This document shows positions 24,501 through 36,625 of a DNA stretch of 64,000 nucleotides, one piece after another; position 1 is the first letter of the stretch; every line of letters starts with the position of its first letter. The translations under genes were made by a program, and so were the position numbers. The notes under the pieces were generated by a model, which did not search any database, was not told the origin of the DNA, and was given only the letters and a program-made list of their open reading frames with translations. The stretch comes from Camelus ferus (taxonomy: Eukaryota). The stretch is from assembly GCF_009834535.1 (NCBI RefSeq), contig NC_045696.1, forward strand, positions 10,542,001-10,606,000, given 5' to 3'.

Positions 24501-26000
24501 AAGACAGCAAGGGGGGCAATCTGTGTGCCCGCCTATGTGTGTGCAAAGACATACATTCTGGTATTTGGCTACACAGCCTGGATTTTCTGGGACAGTACCA
24601 TTTAAAACATTTTCATTATTTCCCACAAAGGCAACTCACTAAAAATACACTTAAGAAGAATTTAATCTTCTAATTCTGTTATCAATTTTCATAGAAATCC
24701 CGGGAACCAGAAAAATTAATCAAATTAAGATTCCTCGTCATAGTTTTTAGTTGAGCAAATATTTGGTTTCTTGTTTATAAGAAACAAGCCCAACTATGGC
24801 TGCGTATTCCAGCAGGCTGCCGTCACTCAGACGAGCGCTGACACACCGTCTAAGGCCTGAGTCTCCGCTTTGAGGAACATCCCAGAAGAGAAATTCCCGC
24901 CTGTTCTGGGTAGCGGGCCACAGCGGGCAGGGGCATAGCAGCGGGAGCCTGGCCTGAGGGCTTCTGAACGGACATGTAAGAGGGTGAGTCATCCTGTTAC
25001 TGTAAGTCGGTCCTATTGGGGCGGGCTGAAACGGGAGGAACGATTAGCTGGACTGAATAACTGGGGAAAAAAACTGCTTTGTTCTCACTGAGTCACCACC
25101 ACCAGGCAGGCTCAGGGTTGGGCTGTGGGCTTTGCAGACCCTCCTTACTTTTCAGGCTGTCGTTTCTCTAGTTGCTGCATTCTCTCTTCTGTGTCTGACT
25201 CACTGGACATGATTGATTCTCTCTGTCCTGGGTTTATAGTTTCACCTACTTAATAGCTGGCTTGAAGGAAAGCGATACCATAGGACACACCCCACCCCAA
25301 ACCAGTCAGCGCTTATCCTTACTACGTGACACATGCTCTGTTCTGTTCTGTTCTCTTCCTTCTTTTCCTTTATTGTTGTCTGAGATGCACTGAAGTGATT
25401 TCATGACCCACTAACAGGTCCCAAGCTGCAGTTTGGAAAACACTGATTTGGAGGAAGGCAAAGGAAATTCAGCCTCTGTAAGCGAGGGGGTGATTAAAAC
25501 CAAAAATTGGTGCGGTTACTTCTTCAGTTCAAATTAGCCATGCAGACACAGTGACAGGCCCCCCCACCCCCAGTGGTCCTGGCAGGCTGTGAGGCAGCCA
25601 TAGGGATGAGGTGAGGTGGCCGGGTGCCACAGCTGTGTCCCAGGCTGGGGCGCCACCTGTGCTGAGAGGTCACGCAGGCAGCAGATCAAAGATCATCTCC
25701 CAGTGGCCCGACTAACTCCCTCCAGGTTAGTTTTTCCTGAACTGCAGTTCAGGACCTATTAGTGGGTCACGAGATCAATTTAGTGGTCTCAGACATTACT
25801 AGAAAAAAAAAAAAAAAAAAAAGAAAGAAAGAAATGGAATGAAATGGGATAGAATAGAAAGAAACAGAGCACACAGTACAAAGTAGGGTTTTGGCCTGTT
25901 TCAGGTATGCTGTATGTGGTACATGTGTGGTGAGTGGTGTGTGTGTGTGGTGAGTGGTGTGTGTGGTTGTGTGTGTACGTGGGGGGTTATATGATGTGAG

Positions 26001-26482
26001 TGTGAACAAAAAATACTACAAACCATATCAGTAAACAAAGAATGCTGAAGCCATCAAGTCATCAGCTGCTGCCACCACTCCCCACCGTGTAGACAAGCCT
26101 GCAGCCAGGGCTCTGCAACCGGAGGGGACCCAGAATGTGACAAGACAGGACACTGGCCCTAGAGAGCTAGGTACGTGTCAAAAGAATGAATTCAGTGAGC
26201 CCAAATGTCTGCTTCCTCCCATACATAGAAAAGCACCAAATTCTTTAACTTGAGATGCCTGGTTTTCTTCAGTTAGCAAGTAATCTTTTAATGTTCCGAC
26301 TACTTTGTCTTTGTTGTAAAGCTCCTATATATCCTGGCTCCCCCCCTACCTCTTGGGAGCAGTCCCTCAGAGCCACCTGGGAAGCTGTCATCCCGGGCTC
26401 GAAGGGAGTCAAGTCCCCAGGAATGTCCACTGAATAAAACATAACTCAGCTTTTAGGTTCTGCGACTTTATTTCAGTCGACA
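26001..26482 (+). mobile_element. ERV1-type solo LTR
   Basis: TG...CA termini ('tgtgaacaaaaaatac'...'tttcagtcgaca'), TATA-like 'cctatatat' near 26325, AATAAA near 26433, and a 4-bp near-TSD tgag/tggg. Confidence 0.75.
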
Positions 26483-26868
26483 TGGGTCTACTGGGTTGTA
26501 ATCAGAGGCAGCTTTCCCTGGAGGCTGATGGGGAAATTGTTCACATACTGAGATGCAGGGAAGTCACTCTGGCTTATACATGGTTTGGCCTCAACTTTGG
26601 GTAAACCTAGAACAGCTGGCAAATACAGGTCCAGCCGGCCTGCTGTGTACGTACTAATTTGTCTCTTTTGAAACCCTGAAGGAATGTTTCCTGTCACGTT
26701 GGGTTTATATGCTTTGTTCTGATGAGAAATAAAACTGCGCATGCTTCTACAGAGCCGGTTCTCAGCGCTACCGAGAGCCTACCTCCTGGGCTACAGTCCT
26801 TAACTGGCTGGAACAAAACTCTTTTTTATTCCTTATTATAGATCGATTATTGATTATTTGCATCGACC
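26483..26868 (+). mobile_element. Second ERV-type LTR segment, probably the host of the 26001-26482 LTR
   Basis: R/U5-like text 'aataaaactgcgcatg...gagagcctacctcc...aaaactctttttt...tattgattatttgcatcgac'. Confidence 0.55.
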
Positions 26869-27624
26869 AGGCTAATGAACTTGAACTTCAGGGACCCTGG
26901 CCCTTTGCAAAGCTCTGTCCCTATTTTGGTATTTGTTATGCTCTGCCATGTTATTTTCCTTAAAGATGGGAAAGCCTCACTCCCCTCAAACTCTGTGTTT
27001 GTTTCTGATTGTGGAAAAGCTCGCTTTTCTTCCTGTGGGTCAGGGTCAAACGTGAAAGCCACAGAATCTCACCCTCTCACTTTCCACCCAGCAGCCAGCA
27101 CCACCTCACTCAACTGCAAATTCACTCCCTGGCATGAACCCCTTAGCAGTGAAATGCAGACTCTTCAACTGGACCCAAAGGCTGCCTGTTCTTATTCCTG
27201 CTTCCTGATCCAGTCTTACCTGGACCCCTCCTCATCCCATCCTCTGCCCTTGCTGGGTTATATCAGTGCCCGCCCTCCCACCCTCTGTTTGCCCTCTTCC
27301 CTATGGGGGTTTGCATGCTGCTCCCTGACCCTGGAAGACCCATTGATCTCCTCTTTTCTGGCCACTCCTTTCCTTCCAGGTCTCCGCTTAGCTGTCCCTT
27401 CCTCCAGGAAACCTCCCTTCCCCAAGTGTCGGGGAGTGGACCCTCCTATTAAGCCCATGACATTCTCCATTTCCACTGTCGCAGCCCCCTGCACCAGGCT
27501 GAGGGCTGACTGGGCCCTACACCATGTGCCCACCATACAGCGGCTCCTCCTGTACTGGTCCCTGTGCTGGGCCTGGCGCACGTGCTTGCCATGTACCATC
27601 ATCCCTGAAGAGTCAGCAGCTGTT

Positions 27625-27783
27625 GGTGGGGTATAAAAGCTATTGAGTGTAACATAGGTTCAGAGATGTACTATACAACACAGGGAATATAGCCAATACT
27701 TTGTAACAACTGTAAATGGAAGTAACCTTTAAAAACTGTATAAAAAATTAAAAAATTAAATTAAAAATATAGTAATAAAAAAT
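27625..27783 (+). mobile_element. 5'-truncated L1 3' end
   Basis: 'gatgtactatacaacacagggaatatagccaatactttgtaacaactgtaaatggaagtaacctttaaaaactgtat' plus an A-rich tail. Confidence 0.8.
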
Positions 27784-27794
27784 AGTCAGGCGTT

Positions 27795-27930
27795 GTTACC
27801 ACTGTTCCCATTTTACAGATGAGAAAAGCGAGGCCCAGAGAGGTGAAGTGATTGGCTCAAAGTCACACAGTAAGTGGTCAAACCAGGATTCTAACCTTAG
27901 GGTCTGGTTCCAGAGCCCTCTTTGTGACTA
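27795..27930 (-). mobile_element. MIR
   Basis: MIR core 'cccattttacagatgagaaaagcgaggcccagagaggtgaagtgattggctcaaagtcacacag'. Confidence 0.85.
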
Positions 27931-28007
27931 CATTCGAAGGCATTGTAGAAGACATTTGATTGGTTAAATGGGATGTTAAAAGAACAGAAAATTTCAAAGC
28001 TATTTGT

Positions 28008-28348
28008 GAAGCTAGTGAAGTAGAAGGGCCTGGTGCTCACCCTCTCCCACGATTACAACAAAAACTACATCTACATATGGAATAAGCTGCACAAAATATC
28101 TACTGAACTTTGGTAGAGTATCTCTTACAATCAGAAATACAAGGAAAATCCTCACAAAACCGGATAAAGTACAAGTTTCTACTGTAGAGCACAGGGAACT
28201 ATATTTAAGATCTTGTAGTAACCTATAACGAAAAAGAATATGAAAATGAATACATGTGTGTATATGTATGTATGTCTGAAACATTTTGTTGTGCACCAGA
28301 AATTGACACAACATTGTAAACTGACTATACTTCAATATTTTATAAAAA
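28008..28348 (+). mobile_element. Bipartite mini-L1 (5' UTR start fused to 3' terminus), candidate spliced retrotransposed L1
   Basis: TSD aaagctat(t/a)tgt at 27996-28007 and 28349-28360. 28008-28163 resembles an L1 5' terminus; 28164-28348 is an L1 3' terminus with an A tail. Confidence 0.75.
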
Positions 28349-29340
28349 AAAGCTATATGTAACCTAAGCTGATCTTTAGAAAGAAGGCTCAGGAGAACCC
28401 CGAGATGGGGTTGCAAATGACAGGTGGCTTGGGGGCTGGAGAGAGCTGGACTTCCCTGCAAATGCCTGGCATAGAGCTGTGTGGCCTAGAGGTAGCCCTG
28501 GAGGTGGGAGAGGTCCAGGGTTGAGGATGGGGGCTCCAGTGAGGTGAACGTTAAATGGGAGAAGTGGGGAGAGACAGTGTGTTCAGGCCTGAGAGAGGAC
28601 CCCCCCCCCCGAAGGCCACAGGAAGAACCAAAATCTCCAAGCACATATTATGAAGTTGTTTGGTGTGGATTTTGTGATGTAACCATTGAGACTCTGCCCT
28701 CCAGCACTTTCTGGAGTGCTCACAGGGCTCACGGTGGGAATGGATTCCTTTGACAGAGCTCTAAGGAGTCTAAGAATGCTGGCGCAGTGAGCTGACCCCC
28801 CATGGGTCGTGGTTGTGGTGGGCCTGAGCCCATCAAGCTTGGGTCTCCAAAGAGAAAGGGACTCTAGCTGACTTCTGGGATCTAGAATGAACGGCTGAGG
28901 GAATCAGCCTCGATTCAGAACTACCCTCTGATTTCACTGAAACTGTCCCTGTCCCACAGCCCCAAGGGGTGTGGAAAGCCTGGTCCATCTCTGGGCCCAG
29001 ACTCTAGCTTTCCATCTCTCATAAAAATTAAACTACACCTCAAATGTCCTAATGTGCCCAGTAAGTACAAGTAACCTTATGGGAAAGCAAGTGCGCTTTA
29101 AGCAAAGCATCCTACTTTCAGCAAAGCATTGTTCTTCCCTGGTCGCATCTACTATACTAGTGGTGGTAATGGTGTATGTTGCATGAAATCTCAGACACTT
29201 GAATGAATAAAGAAGTATATACAGTACCTTTCTAATGATGTTTATTTGCAATGAATTGATTGTTGGTTACTATTTGGAGGCCTTTGTTCATCCTTAAGAC
29301 AACTCTTTAGACTGGGATCTCGTTTTAAGATACCAGGGTG

Positions 29341-29397
29341 CTGTACACCAGAAACTGACACATTGTAACTGACTGTACTTCAACTTAAGAAAAAAAA
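29341..29397 (+). mobile_element. Very short L1 3' tail
   Basis: 'ctgtacaccagaaactgacacattgtaactgactgtacttcaac' plus poly-A, with a degenerate TSD aagataccagggtg / aggacatcagggtg. Confidence 0.8.
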
Positions 29398-30040
29398 AGG
29401 ACATCAGGGTGAGATCCCTGATGGGTCTAGGAGCCAGTTAGCCTGACCCCTCAGGACACATGTAACTGCCTTTGTCCCAACTCTGAGTCCCTAAATCAGG
29501 GGTGTATGGGACAAGGCTCCGTTTGCCTGGGAGGGGAAGGTGTGCCATTGTGGTCAGCTTGCTGCTGTCTGACCGCAGGACTGATAAGGCTTACCAGGCC
29601 CGGAGGTTTCCTGTGCCACCTCAGGCTAGCCAGTCAGCAGAACTGCCCCAGCCCTGGAAGTCTGAGCAGGAGTAGGAGAGGGGGAAGTCAGGAGGGAGGA
29701 GAGAATCTCTGAGAGTGGGCTTGAGGGTGTCTGGGAAGGCTTCCTCATCTGCAGCAACCATTCGGTGAGTCTGGAACCTGGCCCGGCCTCTGCAGATGGC
29801 TGCCACATGCCCTGCTTGGGTCCTGACCTCCCTGACTTCCTCCTGTATCTTTAGATTTGGGAATTTGCATGACGTTGTCAAGAGGTGCCTGGGTCTGGGC
29901 CTTCTATCAATCTGAGCACACCGTTGCTGCCTGCCAGTATGGCGGTGGGGCAGAGACCTTTGAACCATGGGCTTATCATCACGGGAGTAAAAGCAATACA
30001 GGTGATTTAATTTTTAGAAAACAATGGAAACACATTTAAA

Positions 30041-30045
30041 ATCTA

Positions 30046-30080
<35 letters not shown>

Positions 30081-30085
30081 GTCTG

Positions 30086-30160
<75 letters not shown>
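30041..30160 (+). repeat. Compound microsatellite (TCTG)n(TCTA)n
   Basis: About 120 bp of tetranucleotide repeats, seen directly. Confidence 0.97.
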
Positions 30161-30162
<2 letters not shown>

Positions 30163-30195
30163 TTAAAAGGCTAACAAGACTGAAAACAGGGTGGC

Positions 30196-30547
30196 TACTA
30201 TAGCTGAATCGTGTCCCCACCAAATTCATGTAAATCCTAACCTCCAGTACCTCAGGACGTGACTATTTGGAAACAGGACGTGATTAATAGGAAATGAATT
30301 CATTAGAGTGGGTGTCCTTATAAGAGGAGGAGATTGGGACCAAGACACGCGCAGAGGGAAGACCACACGAGGACACAGGGAGAAGACAGTCATCTACAAG
30401 CCAACGACAGAGGCCTCGGAAGGAATCAACCCTGCCAACACCTTGATTTTAGGCTTCTGGCTTTAACAACTGTGAAAAATAAATTTCTGTGGTTTAAGCC
30501 GCCCAGTCTGTGGAACTTTGTGCTAGAAGCCTTGGCTGGCTGACAGA
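30196..30547 (+). mobile_element. MaLR solo LTR (MLT1B-like)
   Basis: 'ctgaatcgtgtccccaccaaattcatgt'...'aataaatttctgtggtttaagccgcccagtctgtgg', with a perfect 5-bp TSD gtggc. Confidence 0.85.
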
Positions 30548-33500
30548 GTGGCCACCCCGGTAGGGTCTGCAGCAACTTTTCTGCTAGGGAATGGCTCCCT
30601 CTGCTGGGTCTTTATGTTAAAAGCCAAATGCCCTGAAAACACCACATGGCGTGTTTGGACACTGTAGGATTTAGAACGAAGTACTTAGATGCTTCTTTAC
30701 AGAATCCTTTATAGAATCAAGGATGTAGATTCTTCATGGAATTCTTCATAGACTCCTTCACCTGTAAGCAGAGTTGATTTAAAAACATTTAGCGACTGGG
30801 GTGGCTCCCTACTGTGCCAAGCATGGGGGCTGAACTGTGAGGAGATGGGGGTGGGGGGAGGTCCTGGGGGAGGGGCTGGGGGGCCTGGGCCGGGTGGGGA
30901 GGACTGAGGAGGGGGGAGCGACTATGCACACCAGCCCTTATGGAAGATGCCGCTGTGCTGAGTGTCCCGCTGAAGCTCGGTTTGTAATCATATAAAACAG
31001 CTTCCTAATCCTTCCTTTAGAAAACTGCCAATCTTTCATTTTCTAGCACACCTAGAAATAGTCCACAAGCAAGTTCTCTTTTCTAAGCAGGAAATCACTG
31101 TCCTGCTGTGGTCTGTGGTTATTCAACACATGTCTCTTGCAAGTAAGATTCATGCTATTGACCCCACTCTCCTCCTCCTGGTGGTCAAGTGGCATTGCTA
31201 AGGCTGCGAACAAGACAGCCTTGTTCGGGAGACCATGTCCGGTGCAGCGCACTTAGAACGTTAAACTTTCCATCACTTCCTACAAAACAGAGGGCAATCC
31301 GAGCAATTTGTGCTCCAAAAAGGCATGCGAATGGAAAAATTAGCTCCTCCTAGATTAGTGCTCAGTGCACATAGTAGGTACCCAATCAATATTTTTTAAA
31401 TGAGTGAATGATGATCGGGCACCATGAAATGAAAACACTTGGTAGCCTGTGTTCCAAACTTGGGTAGTTCCTGGGCTGTTCTAGATTGCGTCTATGAAGT
31501 GAGGTTTTTCTTCTACTGTACAGATTGCACCTTTTCCAGACGCAAATAAGAAAACTAAGGGCAAAAGCACAGGGCGCATCCAGCCTCAGCCTCCGTGACT
31601 CAGTCAGATAAGAAGACACAGCATTTGAAATTGGGACTGCCTGGCATATCCGGGCTGCACAGAGTGGGGATATGGTCAAACCGCTCTCCTTAGAAGGATG
31701 AGGGAGCTCCAGAAGAACCCTCACTTGAGCCTCTCATTTGTTCCAGCTGTTGTGTATTCAGGAAGCATTTACTGAGGGCATCCCCTGTGCCCGGCACGCA
31801 CAGGGGTGACGGCGGTGAGCACGAGGGACACAGACCTTTCTTTCATGTTCATGGGGAGAGAGACAATTACACAGTGCTTGTAATCGTGATGAGGCTAATT
31901 AGGGAGAAATACAGGGTGACAGGACAACGTGAGAACAGAAAACAGAGCTACGTCCAGCTGTGAAGGGCTGGGCAGCCTTCCCTGAGACAGTCATCTCTAA
32001 GGTGAGGCTTGGAAGGGGAGGCAGAGGGGGTGGGGGTGTGGGGAAGCCTTTCAGGAAGACGGAACAACTCGGGTAAATGTCTCAGGCAGCAGGAACCCTC
32101 AGAGTAGGCTGGGGGTGGCGTGTGGGAGCTCAAATCCAGCTCTGGGGGAGTGGGTTGTATCCAGTTCCCATGGAGGCACCACATCTGGGCTGCACTGGTC
32201 CAGAAGACATGCCTTTCTCAGGCTCAGACAAAGGGGCTTTCGGGCTGGCAGGTCCTGAAGCCTGGCTCATTCAGGGAACTGAAGGTGCGTGGAATCATGA
32301 GGAGATAAGACCTCTCTGCCAGTTACCAGCTGCTCCTCAGAGATAGCTATCCTTATCTTTACCTGTGTACCTATGTGTCCTGGTCTCTCCATTCAGGTAA
32401 AACCACTCTCCATCCATCGACCTTGCCCTTAGGGAGATACTGCTTATTCCCTTGCATAAACTCTCACCTCCTCTGGATCCCACCAAATGCCTTATCTGCT
32501 TACATCCCATTAGAATTGCTGCTGTTGTCACTCTATGCCCCGTGCAAGGCACATAGTAGGTGTGCAATTAAATGTGCAGTGGAATGAATGATTTTTTTCT
32601 TTAAATGAGGACCTCCCTATGGAAACACCTCTTGCTTTACCTGAATCCCAGGTCTCACTGTAACATGCATTTAGCACTCGCTTCTGTGCACACCACCTGC
32701 AACCATCAGGGGTGATACATGCTCTTAACCTCCAACATCCCAGCTTTCTGGAGCCATGTCAGACCCTCTAGATGCTACCAAGAATGAAATAAAGCAATCT
32801 CAGAAAACAATGCACTTAGGCCTACGCTCTGGATGCTGCAAAAGCAACTGTCAATACTCTTTGCCCTAGCTTATTAACTCTTATTTTACACACAATGGTA
32901 ACTAGTTTTGATTCTCTGTTGTCCCAGCCTCCTGCAGAATAGAACTTGTAAACAGAAAGGATGGGTAACTTGTGGGGGGGCGGTGTGGAAAGAAGAAAAA
33001 GAGGAGTCTAGCAGGGTTGGAACGATGGATGACATAGACAAATGATAACAGATTTCTAATCTACCATCATCATTATTGGAGCTTGAGAAGGGTCTTTCTT
33101 ACTAGGCTCCCAAGCAGGATTAGCCCAGCCACTGCCACTGCCGTGGGGGCTCTCTGCACAATACTCTTGTAGGACACCGGCTATGTAGATGGTTCTGCTT
33201 TTCTGCTCCAGGTCACCCTTGGGGGTAGCCTCTATGGTGTGACCATCAGACTCACGCCACGCTGGCTCACTTCTAGTTCCTCCTTCTCAGCCTTAGCTCT
33301 GAGATAGCTTGGAACTGACACTGCCAGTTCTCATGACATGCAAAAACTGTAGACCAACTGCCAAGCATTTGTTCTTCAACTTCTAATTAGCTGGGCAACT
33401 TGGTGGTCACTCAACCTTGGATAATATTACATAATTTCCTCTGAGTATCAGATGATGCTTAAAATTGAGAAATTCCTTGCTTACACAATTTTTCTTTTTC

Positions 33501-34379
33501 TGGCATCTGCCCAGTGGTGTAGATGTCATATTTTAACTTCTCCTTCCACAAAGGTTCAACCCAACTCTGGTGTCTTCTATCTGGGTCTAATCCAAAGTTC
33601 TCAGGCACTACTCCCATCCCCCTCTCAGCCAGGCTCCTCCCTTGGGCTCTGTCCTAAAATAACTCCACGGTCATCTCAAATATGTCTGATCACCCTAGTG
33701 TGTATAATTTCCATTTTCTGCATGTAGAGCATTTTTTTCCCCTAATACATCAGCAAATATTCAGTGACTTTGTATTTATGTGCCCATATTCTGTAATGTG
33801 TAGTCAGGGAAGCAAAGACTGGAAAGCCTGATCTTGACAACTAGAGTAGCCTAAGTATATGTGAATATAGAAAAGAATGAGCTATGCAGCCCAGAGAACC
33901 CCAGCAGTGGGCAACGGCTCCCCACCCCTCTCCTCAGTGATGCCCAGAAACATATTTCCAGACATGATGCATCCCCATGGGCTTGGGGTTGCTCCGTCCC
34001 TTTCCCCGACCAAGAAAACCTATGGAGTTTAGGGAGCAATAGGGTATACTCTAAGGGATGATCTTAAACTTCCTCTAGTCTATTGCTCTGAAGGGTCATC
34101 ATTTAGAAATGGCGATATTTAATAACAAATCACCATATCACACCTCCTACTGAGACCCATCCATGCGGCTTAGGGGTGGCTGGCAAAGATAGGTCTGTTT
34201 TCTGTGTACAGATCACACTTAAAAGAAACACATTGAGTTCTTGAACTGCCTTTGCCTCCAAACTGCTGGTTGTGATTGGCAGAACAACACTGTGCTGAGA
34301 GATAAGCCTTGAAAAGGGGCAGTTGCAGTCATGTTCTTGGTCAATTGTGGTCCTTCCTTACTCGGGAGGATGGTTTGGA

Positions 34380-34570
34380 TTCCAGTGTCTGCATGCTCAG
34401 CCTTGGAGGCCAGAACTGTCATTTCTGGGCCTCTCTGAGTCTCAGTTTCCTTGTGTTGAAATGTGGGGATCTTAATTCCTACCTTGCAGGAGCTGTGGTG
34501 GAAATTCAATAAAATAATTTTGAGAGAGCCCTTAGCACTGTGCTGGCATTAAGTGGTGTCTCGATAAATA
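34380..34570 (+). mobile_element. MIR
   Basis: 'ctctctgagtctcagtttccttgtgttgaaatgtggggatcttaattcctaccttgcaggagctgtggtg'. Confidence 0.75.
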
Positions 34571-34625
34571 TTTTCTGGGTGAAAAAAGGTGGCATTTACT
34601 TTAAAGTCTTCTCTGCAGCTTTTCT

Positions 34626-34754
34626 TTTTTGTTTGTTTATTTGGGGGGGGTAATTAGATTTATTTATTTATTATTTTATTTAGTGGGGGTACCGGGGATT
34701 TAATTTAAGTGCATGCTAAGCGCACACTCTACCACTGAGCTATACCCTCCCCTC
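34626..34754 (-). mobile_element. vic-1-like SINE
   Basis: 'gtgcatgctaagcgcacactctaccactgagctataccctcccc', with a perfect 15-bp TSD ctctgcagcttttct. Confidence 0.9.
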
Positions 34755-36494
34755 CTCTGCAGCTTTTCTCAACGAAAGTCTACAAGAGATATTGCCCAGT
34801 GATATCGAGCTAAGACAAGAACAGGCGGAAAACTGCTTAGGTGAAATTGCCTGTAAAAGTGGTGTGTCCATTGTCACTGTTTCAGAGCTTTCAGTTAATT
34901 CAGTGTGTTCTTTGCTTCCTTTCCTTCCACCAGGAATTGTTCTGTGGGTGAGCTCTGTGAGCTGGGGGCTGTGATAATTAGACCAAGGTCGTGCGTCCGT
35001 CCCCCATGGGCCAGTTAGCTCAGCTAGGCTCCATGTCCATGCACATTGATCTTAATCCAGCTGGCAGATTCACAAATGTGTGACCGTGTCCCCCAAGGAC
35101 ACCAGGGGGACAGGTTTCTGTGGATCTGGCAAATAACTCCCCTCTGCTGGAGAAGCGACTCCACCACAGCTCTGTTATGGTCATTGTGACCTGAAGGTGG
35201 CGCTGTTTCTCAAGAATGGTGGGCGGGATGCTGGCCCTTTCTTCTGAAACAGAATGAAATGATAGACTATCAGAGTTGGAAAAAATCTGCAAGGTAATTT
35301 GGTTCAATTCCCTCACTTTCTAAGCAAATAAACTGAAACCCAGAGATATAAATCTCTTGCCTGAAGCTAAACTGCCAAGGCAAGACCAGATGCTAGTCTC
35401 TCAGATTATAAACATTTGTAATTTTTCTCTACCCTAAGGGATTCCTGGTCCTAAATGGTACTACGCAATTAATAATGTGTACAACAAAACCGAATGAATC
35501 ACTGATACTTAAACTGGTGATGTTTCCAAAGCACTAAACTATTGTTGAATCTCAAATGTCTATTATTCCTTTTCATAGGCCAGGTTCAAGCTGTCTGTTT
35601 TGGTTTTCATTATAAAAGTCATTTTCATGTGTCTATGATTTAATGGATGATTTGGTTTTTTTTCCCCATACAAATGGAGGAAGGAACATAATTGGTATGG
35701 GTGGAATTTTATTCTATATTGACTTTTTTGAGAAACAGATGTGTGATTTCTTTTAAAATGATTACAACTGAGACAGCATGTGGGTTTTTAAAAGGTGCTC
35801 ATGGACAGAAGCTTGATAATGAAAACAATTCCAAGGTAGTTCTTTTTAAGCCCTTTTGTAATTCGTAGAGGGTGGAGCACGTCAGCGAATGGATGTGGCT
35901 GGAACATCTCAGCAGGCCTGCACGGAATCTAAATTCAAACTTTTAGAAGGTTTCTGTTTTGGAATTTTTTTCTGTTTTTTTAAGGAAGCTTTTGCTTACT
36001 TTCCGGGGAGAGTGAGAACTGAGAAAGGTGAGAGAGTTCTGCATCCTCGCTGGGCTTGTCAAGGCGTGATCAGTGAGGTCCGCCAGCTGTTCCGAGCCTG
36101 TCTTACAGATTTCAAGGTCACAAAAGAGACAGGGCCTGTACCTCTGCTCTTGGCACCAGTTAAAACTTTTCTGGAGATGCTGATGAAGTAGAAGACGTCA
36201 TCTCAGTGATAGGGCCATCTTTCCCCGCATTCACCTTGGAGAGATGGTGTTTAATATTCTTGTGTTTGTTTCTTCTTTCAGAGCTAAGGGAGACTAATAC
36301 AGATGACTTCTGAGATGTGAGTCTACTGGATTCAGAAAGACTGGATTTCTATTTTCTGAAAAATATTGTTTATCAAGTAACTTAGATTTTTTTCCCATAG
36401 CGCCTTCCTGTGATATAACAAAACTGCAGAATCCTCAGGTTGGGATCTGCTCTTTAATTTTATCTTTATCCACTCTCCTTTTAATGATTCCCTT

Positions 36495-36625
36495 TGCAAC
36501 CTCAGTATCACCTGGGAGCTGGTTGGGAAGGCAGACTCTCGGGCCCACCTCGGACCTACGGAATCGGCATCTGCCGAGTTGGGGTTCCCCAGCTGAGTCG
36601 TGCGCCCCTGGATGTTAGAGGAGCG
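36495..36625. mobile_element. MER5A-like hAT MITE
   Basis: 'atcacctgggagctggttgggaaggcagactctcgggcccacctcggacctacggaatcggcatctg'. Confidence 0.7.

Noticed and set aside
26875..27636. 253-aa plus-strand ORF
   Set aside because: It crosses pyrimidine-rich L2-like sequence and ends in an L1 fragment, with no recognisable protein family.
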